A stretch of DNA of 21,930 nucleotides from Terriglobia bacterium (GTDB lineage: Bacteria > Acidobacteriota > Terriglobia > UBA7540): contig JASHPE010000208.1 of the NCBI GenBank assembly GCA_030038235.1, positions 1 to 21,930 of the forward strand, written 5' to 3'. This document shows, one piece after another, positions 8,201-14,758 of this stretch. The position numbers and the translations under genes are program-made. The number at the start of each line of letters is the position of its first letter. The stretch's first letter is position 1. The notes under the pieces are model-generated. The model had not been told where the DNA came from. It made no database searches and saw nothing but the letters and a program-made list of their open reading frames with translations.

Positions 8201-8790
8201 GACCCTGCCTTCATCTTCGACTCTTCGCCGGACGAACGCAACACTTCGGCGAGTTTTCGCCGGGCGCGAAACAGCAGCAGCCGGATGCTCTTCGATCTCA
8301 GGCCGCACACCTCGGCGATCTCATTATGGCTGGAGCCTTCCACGTACGCCAGCCACAGCAACTGGCGCTCGCGCGGCTTCAAGTGGGCGAGCGCACGCCC
8401 CATGTCGGAACTCTGCTGCACGCGCTCCGCGGTTCGGTCGTGCGCGCGCAGCGTTTCCGTGGTCTCCACGTCCACCCGCTCGGCGCGCGGCGTTCGCCGC
8501 CAATGGTCTCGCGCCAGATTGGTGCCGATGCGGAAAAGGAAATTCTTCTGATAAGCCTCGTCGTCGGATTTCAGACTGGCGCGCAGGAAGCGATAGTAAC
8601 TCTCCTGCGTCAGGTCCTCGGCCAGCGCACGGTCGCCCGTCAGCCGCGCCAGATAAGACCAAAGCGGGCGAGCCGTTCTCTCGTAGAAGAGTCTGAACGC
8701 CTGCTCGTCCATTTGGAACGCTTCTTCAGCCGCACCGACCTTAGAACTTTCCAGCTCCGTCAAGGTGATTTCCCGCGTCGACATACTCAC
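8197..8790 (-). CDS. ECF-type RNA polymerase sigma factor (sigma-70 group 4)
   Basis: Region 2 (LFYERTARPLWSYLARLTGDRALAEDLTQESYYRFL) and region 4 (LKPRERQLLWLAYVEGSSHNEIAEVCGLRSKSIRLLLFRARRKL). Start is GTG 8790 or ATG 8784. Confidence 0.9.
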   Translation of the reverse strand: MSMSTREITLTELESSKVGAAEEAFQMDEQAFRLFYERTARPLWSYLARLTGDRALAEDLTQESYYRFLRASLKSDDEAYQKNFLFRIGTNLARDHWRRTPRAERVDVETTETLRAHDRTAERVQQSSDMGRALAHLKPRERQLLWLAYVEGSSHNEIAEVCGLRSKSIRLLLFRARRKLAEVLRSSGEESKMKAGS

Positions 8791-8827
8791 ATTGTGCCAT
8801 CCTGCTCGATTCGGCGCCAGCGTACGA

Positions 8828-9013
8828 CTGTACCGCCGGTGTCCTCACCGGCGATGTGCACGGAATCCGCTGTAGCGCCGGTGTCCTCACCAGCGATGTG
8901 CATGAAATCCGCTGTAGCGCCGGTGTCCTCACCGGCGATGTGCATGGAATCCGTCTACAGCGCGGAATCCGCCGGTGAGGACACCGGCGCTACAGCGAGC
9001 ACCGGCGCTACAG
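8828..9013. repeat. 3 tandem 42-bp GTAG-hairpin units plus two inverted partial copies (BIME-like cluster)
   Basis: Units at 8828-8869, 8870-8911 and 8912-8953, with consensus CTGTAGCGCCGGTGTCCTCACCGGCGATGTGCATGGAATCCG. Each carries the hairpin CGCCGGTG-TCCT-CACCGGCG. Inverted partial copies at 8970-8995 and 9000-9013. 8912-8937 and 8970-8995 form a perfect 26-bp inverted repeat with a 32-nt spacer. Confidence 0.8.
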
Positions 9014-9017
9014 CCGT

Positions 9018-9899
9018 TCAGCGACCGGCCGGCGCCAACCGGGAATTGCCTTGCGCCGCCGGGCTGATCAGGCCCAGGTGCTTCGCGATGCCATAGGAGA
9101 GCAACGCGGAGCAGAAGAACCCGATGCCGACGGTCAGAAACAGAGTGCCGATGATCAGCAGGCCCTCGCCCGCGTCCGGGACGAGATTGCGGATCCACAG
9201 AAACCCGATGCCGGCCGGACCCAGGATCAAGCCCGCCGTCAATGACCACAGAATGCGGGTCACAGCCACCGGTGCGCGCGCCTCAATCGCGGGCGGCGTC
9301 CATTCCAGCAGCCGCCGTCCGGCGTCAGACTCCATATAGCCGCGGAGTTCCTCACCCGAGGCGAACTTCTCGATCAGCTTCGTGTGGACGTCCTCGTGTA
9401 CCTTGAAACTCTTGTTCCAGCGGCGATTTTCCAGAACCGTCCGCATCACCACGAGCAAGGCCAGCAGGCAGCAGACGAACACAGCGAAAGGGATAAGCCA
9501 GCCTAAGAGCATGTCCGTACTGTTCTGCTGGTTCCCGAATCGCCACGACTGCGGGCTGACGAAGGATCGCGGGTCGGCCTTGACCAGCGGATGGCTCTCC
9601 AGGAACGCTTCGAGCTCCGGGTGTTGTTGGAGGTAATTCGGATCAACCATTCGATGCGGGTCCGAAAACACGTCTGCTTCGACGTCCGGGTGTGCGTCGA
9701 GGAAGCGATCCAGGGCGCCGCGCTCGGAATCGATGTCTGGCTGGCCGGCAGGAGCAGCTTGGTGCGTTCCGAGTGTCTCGGCATTCGATTTCTGAAGACC
9801 CCGAGCAGATGTTGCGCCGGCAGTGGCCATCCACGTCAGAATCGCGGCCGCGCCGGCCCAGGTCAAAATCGTTTTCACCCGTTTCAAACTTTGCGTCAT
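9018..9899 (-). CDS. membrane protein with signal peptide, helical periplasmic domain and 3 TM segments (hypothetical)
   Basis: ORF 9018..9920 trimmed to ATG 9899 (AGAGGGG 8 nt upstream). Signal-like N-terminus ILTWAGAAAILTWMATAGATSA. Repeated HP-motifs (FLDAHPDVEADVF, YLQQHPELEAFLESHPLVKADP). TM segments include LLGWLIPFAVFVCCLLALLVV. No family recognised. Confidence 0.65.
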   Translation of the reverse strand: MTQSLKRVKTILTWAGAAAILTWMATAGATSARGLQKSNAETLGTHQAAPAGQPDIDSERGALDRFLDAHPDVEADVFSDPHRMVDPNYLQQHPELEAFLESHPLVKADPRSFVSPQSWRFGNQQNSTDMLLGWLIPFAVFVCCLLALLVVMRTVLENRRWNKSFKVHEDVHTKLIEKFASGEELRGYMESDAGRRLLEWTPPAIEARAPVAVTRILWSLTAGLILGPAGIGFLWIRNLVPDAGEGLLIIGTLFLTVGIGFFCSALLSYGIAKHLGLISPAAQGNSRLAPAGR

Positions 9900-10081
9900 G
9901 GTCTTAACCCCTCTCTTCATCAGGCCGTCTCGTTGATGTCGGCCTTGGGTGTGAGCCTTCGATCAGGTTCCCACCGATATAACGGTGTTAGCCCGGTTTG
10001 GTTAACAGGCTCTCTGACCGAAAGAAGTGGCGACTTGGACCACGCGGCCGGCCATCCTGCCTGCGCTGCGCCCACGCCACC

Positions 10082-10153
10082 GTAGCGCGGCATCCTCTGC
10101 TCACCCTAGCGCGGGCACCCTGCCCGCTGTGGCGCGGACGTCTCATCCGCGCC
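10082..10153 (+). repeat. three tandem mini REP-like hairpins at 23-24 nt spacing
   Basis: (1) GTAG (10082) followed by a degenerate stem. (2) CTAG (10106) followed by GCGGGCA-CCC-TGCCCGC. (3) GTGG (10129), overlapping the stem of GGCGCGGA-CGTCTCA-TCCGCGCC. Confidence 0.5.
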
Positions 10154-10329
10154 CGGACTCCCCGTCGGTCGGTGCCTTATTTTTTTCAGGAGATTAGGCT
10201 GTGGAAAACTCCGTTAGGGGAAGCGGGTCGAGGCCTCAGGACGGGACTTGGGCGGTCCTGGCGAACCACTCGCACGAGTATTTGGCGGTCCAAGTCACTG
10301 ATTCGAAGACAAAAGGCTGGGGAGGAGTA

Positions 10330-10356
10330 GGGAGTTGGGAATTGTTGGGAGTTGGG
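10330..10356 (+). other. canonical G-quadruplex motif G3N4G3N7G3N4G3 in a C-poor, AT-richer promoter-upstream region
   Basis: GGGAGTTGGGAATTGTTGGGAGTTGGG, plus an extra GGGG run at 10319-10322. Only one C occurs in about 48 nt of the + strand here. Confidence 0.35.
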
Positions 10357-10426
10357 AGCCTAGTGTGTTTCGGGAGTCGAAAAGTTCAAAGTCGAAAGTT
10401 GAGAAACCAAAAATACCGACGTTCGC

Positions 10427-10455
10427 TTGACATAAGTACGATCTTGAGCTATATC
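10427..10455 (+). promoter_or_regulatory. sigma-70-like promoter candidate for padR
   Basis: TTGACA (10427-10432), 17-nt spacer, TATATC (10450-10455). About 40 nt upstream of ATG 10497. Confidence 0.4.
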
Positions 10456-10496
10456 TTAAGTTGGTTCGTAAGATGGACAGAAAGGAGACACCAATC

Positions 10497-11117
10497 ATGG
10501 ATTACGAAAGTTGCAGGACTGAAGCCAGAACGCGGTTTAGTCGCTGGCGCAGAATGCATTCTGTGGAGGGCTTTATGCGACATGGCAGGCATGGCAGAGG
10601 ATGGTTCGGCGGCGGGGAATGGCCGGGCATGGGTCCGTGGGGTCGCGGGTCGAGATTCTTCGACACCGGCGAAGTGCGGCTGGCGATGCTCTCCCTGCTC
10701 GAAAGCGGCCCGAAGCACGGTTATCAGCTCATCAAAGACCTGGAAGAGCGTTCCGGGGGGCTTTATCGGGCCAGCGCCGGCGCAGTCTATCCCAATCTGC
10801 AGCAACTCGAGGATGAGGGTCTCGTCACGTCGGAGACTCAAGACGGCAAGCGCGTCTACACGCTAACGGACGCGGGTCGGGCGGAACTGGAACGTGAAAA
10901 GGATCGCGTGAGCCAGATCTGGAACCGCACGAAGGAATGGGGAGTGTGGGCGCCTGGCCACGGACCCGAAGGCGCCATGGTGGCCACCACGGGAGCCATG
11001 GTGCTGAAGGCCGCCTTGCAAGCTGTGAAGCGAACCGGAGGCAACGCCGAGGAGGCCACCCGGATTCGGGATATTCTTGACCGGGCGCGACGGGAAATCG
11101 AGGGAATCGGGAAGTAG
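10497..11117 (+). CDS. PadR-family transcriptional regulator
   Basis: ORF 10461..11117. Winged-helix core LAMLSLLESGPKHGYQLIKDLEERSGGLYRASAGAVYPNLQQLEDEGLVTSE...YTLTDAGRAEL. Start at ATG 10497 (AAGGAG 10482-10487). Alternative ATG 10575 (GGAGGG 10565-10570) is plausible because G/C third-position bias is weaker before it. Confidence 0.85.
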   Translation: MDYESCRTEARTRFSRWRRMHSVEGFMRHGRHGRGWFGGGEWPGMGPWGRGSRFFDTGEVRLAMLSLLESGPKHGYQLIKDLEERSGGLYRASAGAVYPNLQQLEDEGLVTSETQDGKRVYTLTDAGRAELEREKDRVSQIWNRTKEWGVWAPGHGPEGAMVATTGAMVLKAALQAVKRTGGNAEEATRIRDILDRARREIEGIGK

Positions 11118-11118
11118 G

Positions 11119-11214
11119 GAGTCGGGTGTCGGGTCATCGGATGATCGGGTGATTGACGCGATGGCCTCGATGACGCGATGGTTCAATCATCCGATGGCCC
11201 GATCACCCGACCCT
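11119..11214. repeat. imperfect inverted repeat built of CGGGTGAT/CATCGGATGAT-type short repeats between convergent genes (possible bidirectional terminator)
   Basis: 11119-11139 (GGAGTCGGGTGTCGGGTCATC) pairs imperfectly with 11194-11214 (GATGGCCCGATCACCCGACCC). Inner ATCGGATGAT..TTGA pairs with TCAATCATCCGAT. Direct repeat GACGCGATGG occurs twice. Confidence 0.3.
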
Positions 11215-11218
11215 CGAA

Positions 11219-12010
11219 TTACTGTTTTTCCGCCACAAACTGCGTAGTGGTTCCGCGCAACTTGTCGTTCACTGCGACGGCCATAGTCTTGCCGGTTCCA
11301 CTGATGCCGAGGCGCACGACGCTGGTCACTTTGCCGTCGCGTTTATGGGTTTCCTCGATCGTGTTCTTGCCCAACCGTTTCACCGAAACAGTCGTCGTGC
11401 CCGGATCGCCTTTATACGGCGCGTCCGTTCCGTCCAGCTTCGCGGAGTAAGACTGCCCGGTCGGAGAGGTCATGTTCAGGGTATCGCCTTCCAACTTGTA
11501 GGTGATCGTCAGCCCGTTGTCGGAGAAGTTTGTGAACTTCGAGGTTCGCCACGAGCCCGAAATTGCGTGCGACCCCGCTGGGCCCGGGGCGACCCGAGTG
11601 ATTTCTCCCTTACCAGTAACCGGGGGTCCGCCGTTGGTTTGGCTACTATCGCTGAACTCGAATGTCGCCGTTTTGCCGTCAGGAGCGATGATGGTCTTTG
11701 AGGTTCCAACCACGTTCCCGTCCTTCTTGTCGGTCTCTTCGATGGTGTGATCATCGACGACCGTGACGCTCATGGTGTCGATGTATTTGTTTCCGGTCAC
11801 CTTCTGGTCCTGCCCGTCCGCCTTGATGTCAACGGGCGGGACGCAGGTCTTGCACTGATACATGCCATTCTGCAACAGGAAAACATCGGGCTTCTTCGGC
11901 ATTTGCACTTTGCTGAGGTCAGCCTTCCAAGTGCCATCGAACGGGCTTTGCGCCAGCGCCATGACTGGTGTCAGCAGCAACCAGCATCCGAACGTGAGCG
12001 GTTTCTTCAT
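11219..12010 (-). CDS. secreted beta-rich protein with internal duplication (hypothetical)
   Basis: ORF 11219..12013. ATG 12010 lies 8 nt after GGGAGGG. Signal peptide MKKPLTFGCWLLLTPVMALA-QS. Two related halves (DDHTIEETDKKDGNVVGTSKTIIAPDGKT and GKNTIEETHKRDGKVTSVVRLGISGTGKT). Confidence 0.75.
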   Translation of the reverse strand: MKKPLTFGCWLLLTPVMALAQSPFDGTWKADLSKVQMPKKPDVFLLQNGMYQCKTCVPPVDIKADGQDQKVTGNKYIDTMSVTVVDDHTIEETDKKDGNVVGTSKTIIAPDGKTATFEFSDSSQTNGGPPVTGKGEITRVAPGPAGSHAISGSWRTSKFTNFSDNGLTITYKLEGDTLNMTSPTGQSYSAKLDGTDAPYKGDPGTTTVSVKRLGKNTIEETHKRDGKVTSVVRLGISGTGKTMAVAVNDKLRGTTTQFVAEKQ

Positions 12011-12347
12011 CACTTATTCCCTCCCTGTTTTTGGGGCCGGTTCTCCGGTCCGGGCATCCTGAGCGCCGACAGTATACACCCGCCGTGGTTTGGGCGCGGA
12101 GCTTCGGTTGGCGTGAGAACGTCCTTGCCCGAAGGGGCCGCGCAGATTCAGGTCAACCCCTGCGGGGTTGGTTCGTCCTCCTCCGCACCTTGATCCGTAG
12201 GTTTCACCTGCGGCTATTCACGGTCAGGCACCTTCGGGGCCGCGTCGGTCGTGCCACACCATGATTGGGATTCCAAAGACTGAAGGCGTGCGGTATAGTT
12301 CTCGCTCGATCGATGCCGGGCCGAATTGGCCATCGAAGGTGATCCCC

Positions 12348-13613
12348 ATGCAAAGACGCTTCGCACAAACGCCGGGACGACATCGGCTGCGTTTCAGATT
12401 GCCAAGCACGATTCTCCGCCGGCCGGCTCTGCTCGCCATTCTTCTGCCTGCGTCCCTGGCCGCGGCGCAGAGCCAGTGGGAGCCGCTCAATCCCGTCACC
12501 GGCGTGCAGCAGCAGAGCGACGGCGTGCTGCTGACCATGCAGGCGGGCGTGCTGCGTCTCCAAGTCTGCAGCGATTCGATCATCCGCGTGACTTACGCCA
12601 CGGTTCCGCCCCTGCCGAGCCGGCCCGATTACGTGGTGATTAAATCTGACTGGGCGCCGGTGAAGTGGACCTTTGGGATCAACGCCGACGCGGGTACCGT
12701 GATCCTGGCTACGAACGCCCTGAAGGTGACGGTGGCGCGCTCGACCGGCGTGATCGCGTTCAGCGATGCGAGCGGCGCGCGACTGGTGGAGGAAGATTCT
12801 CGCAAGCTCACGCCCGAGCGGGTGAACGGAGACCGCACCTACCGTGCCGAGTCGTTTCTGAACATCTATGGGTCGCCGGAAGCGCTCTATGGCCTGGGAC
12901 AGCACCAGGCGGGCGTGTGGAACTATCGCGGTGAATCGGTTGAGCTTGCGCAGGAGAATACCAACATCGCGGTGCCGCTGCTGGTATCGAGCAAAGGCTA
13001 CGGCCTGTTCTGGAACAACACCTCTCGCAGCCGGTTCGACAATCGCTTCGAGCATTCGCTCTACATTACGTCCGAGGTGGCGGATACCATCGACTACTAC
13101 TTCATCTATGGGCCCGAACTCGACAAAGTGATCGCCGGCTATCGCGAGCTGACCGGCGAGGCGCCGATGTTCGGTCGCTGGGCCTACGGCTTCTGGCAGT
13201 GCAAGAATCGCTACAAAAGCCAGGACGAGATTCTGGCCGCGGCGCATCAATATCGCGAGCTGCACATCCCGGTCGACAACATCGTCCAGGACTGGTTTTG
13301 GTGGAACCGCAAAGGCGAGCACGTCTTCAACTCGAATTATCCCGATCCCAAGGGCATGGTGGACGATCTCCACCGCAATCATTTTCACTTGATGATCTCG
13401 GTGTGGCCGTTCTTCGAGCCACCGTCCGCGGCTTACGATGAGATGGACCGGCGCGGCTGGTTCATCGCCAAGACGCTTTACTCGAAGCCCCCTTATCATG
13501 CGCAGGGAATGGCGCGACGCCACGAGCGCGGAAGCGCGCGCTTACTACTGGCAGTTGATGAACGATGCGCTGTTCAGGATCGGCATCGACGCCTGGTGGC
13601 TCGACACCGATGA
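12348..13613 (+). CDS. glycoside hydrolase family 31 (alpha-xylosidase/alpha-glucosidase-like), N-terminal fragment of a frameshifted gene
   Basis: ORF 12261..13613 trimmed to ATG 12348 (GAAGGTG upstream). Signal peptide LLAILLPASLAAAQS. GH31-like N-terminal and barrel start (YGLGQHQAGVWNYRG, VPLLVSSKGYGLFWNN, FGRWAYGFWQCKNRYKSQDEILAAAHQYRELHIPVDNIVQDWFWW). Similarity ends near 13514; the remaining codons look like out-of-frame read-through. Confidence 0.8.
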   Translation: MQRRFAQTPGRHRLRFRLPSTILRRPALLAILLPASLAAAQSQWEPLNPVTGVQQQSDGVLLTMQAGVLRLQVCSDSIIRVTYATVPPLPSRPDYVVIKSDWAPVKWTFGINADAGTVILATNALKVTVARSTGVIAFSDASGARLVEEDSRKLTPERVNGDRTYRAESFLNIYGSPEALYGLGQHQAGVWNYRGESVELAQENTNIAVPLLVSSKGYGLFWNNTSRSRFDNRFEHSLYITSEVADTIDYYFIYGPELDKVIAGYRELTGEAPMFGRWAYGFWQCKNRYKSQDEILAAAHQYRELHIPVDNIVQDWFWWNRKGEHVFNSNYPDPKGMVDDLHRNHFHLMISVWPFFEPPSAAYDEMDRRGWFIAKTLYSKPPYHAQGMARRHERGSARLLLAVDERCAVQDRHRRLVARHR

Positions 13614-14748
13614 GCCCGAAACCGAAGGGCGCGAGGAGAACATCCTGCTCGGGCGTCGGATCGCAATCGGCAGCGGCGACCGCTACGCCAACCTCTATCC
13701 GCTGATGCATACCGAAGGAGTCTACGACGGCCAGCGGCAGGCGAGCGAGCAGAAGCGCGTGTTCATCCTCTCGCGATCGGCCTTTGCGGGGACGCAGCGC
13801 AACTCCGTGGCGGCGTGGTCGGGCGATATCAACTCGGATTGGGTCAGTTTCCGGCGCCAGATTCCCGCCGGGCTGAATTACGCGCTGTCGGGCATGCCGT
13901 ACTGGACCACCGACATCGGCGGATTCGTCTCCGGCAATCCGGACGACCCCGCCTATCGCCAGCTGTTCGTGCGCTGGTTCCAGTACGGCGCGTTCTGCCC
14001 CATCTTCCGCATTCACGGAACGCGCGCCGGCAATCGCAACGAGTTGTGGTCGTACGGGCCCGAAGCGCAGGAGATCCTGATCAAAGTCGACAAGCTGCGC
14101 TACCGGCTGATGCCCTACATCTACTCGCTCGCGGCCATGACCACCCGCAGCGCGTACACGCCCATGCGTCCGCTGGTGATGGATTTTCGCACCGACGTCC
14201 GCGCCGAGAACGTCGGCGACGAATTCATGTTCGGTCCGGCGATCCTGGTGAGTCCGGTGACGGAGCCCGATGCCACTTCACGCCGGCTCTACCTGCCGCA
14301 GGCCACGTGGTACGACTTCTGGAGCGGCGCCACGGCCAAGGGCGGTGTCGAGGTGGACGCTGCGGCGCCGCTCGATCGCATTCCGCTCTACATCCGCGCC
14401 GGGTCGATCGTCCCCCTGGGTCCGGAAATGGAGTACGCGAGCGAGAAGCCCGCCGATCCCATCGAGTTGCGCGTCTATCGAGGCGCGGACGGCGACTTCA
14501 CGCTCTACGAGGACGAGAACGACAATTACCATTACGAGAAAGGCGCGTTCGCGACCATTCCCATCCATTGGGACGACGCGCACCAGCAATTGCAGATCGG
14601 GACGCGGCAGGGGAATTTTCCGGGAATGATCGAGCGCCGGACATTCAACGTGGTGTGGGTCAGGGACGGGTACGGCGGCGGTCCGGGCGCAGCCGCCGGC
14701 GACAAGTCGATTGACTATGACGGCAGCGCCGTCACCGTGAGCCCGTAA
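13438..14748 (+). CDS. glycoside hydrolase family 31, C-terminal fragment (catalytic region onward)
   Basis: ORF as given, but GH31-like sequence starts only at about 13516 (DATSAEARAYYWQLMNDALFRIGIDAWWLDTDEPE, nucleophile region). Continues FILSRSAFAGTQRNSVAAWSGDI, YWTTDIGGF, FCPIFRIHG and the distal beta-sandwich. Confidence 0.8.
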   Translation: MRWTGAAGSSPRRFTRSPLIMRREWRDATSAEARAYYWQLMNDALFRIGIDAWWLDTDEPETEGREENILLGRRIAIGSGDRYANLYPLMHTEGVYDGQRQASEQKRVFILSRSAFAGTQRNSVAAWSGDINSDWVSFRRQIPAGLNYALSGMPYWTTDIGGFVSGNPDDPAYRQLFVRWFQYGAFCPIFRIHGTRAGNRNELWSYGPEAQEILIKVDKLRYRLMPYIYSLAAMTTRSAYTPMRPLVMDFRTDVRAENVGDEFMFGPAILVSPVTEPDATSRRLYLPQATWYDFWSGATAKGGVEVDAAAPLDRIPLYIRAGSIVPLGPEMEYASEKPADPIELRVYRGADGDFTLYEDENDNYHYEKGAFATIPIHWDDAHQQLQIGTRQGNFPGMIERRTFNVVWVRDGYGGGPGAAAGDKSIDYDGSAVTVSP

Positions 14749-14758
14749 AAGCCCGGCG

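Noticed and set aside
8326-9096. ORFs 8326..9096 (+) and 8741..8932 (-) with 14-aa peptide repeats (PVSSPAMC..., VRTPALQRI...)
   Set aside because: The 42-bp DNA repeat happens to be a multiple of 3. The ORFs overlap the ECF sigma gene antisense or run into it, and they have no start context.
10201-10866. 221-aa ORF spanning the padR upstream region and the padR 5-prime half
   Set aside because: It is out of frame with the well-supported PadR gene, crosses the AT-rich promoter region and has no motifs.
10327-11126. Shared AGTAGGGAGT 10-mer on both sides of padR as possible flanking repeats
   Set aside because: A single 10-nt match is expected by chance many times in a 22-kb window, and there is no extended similarity.
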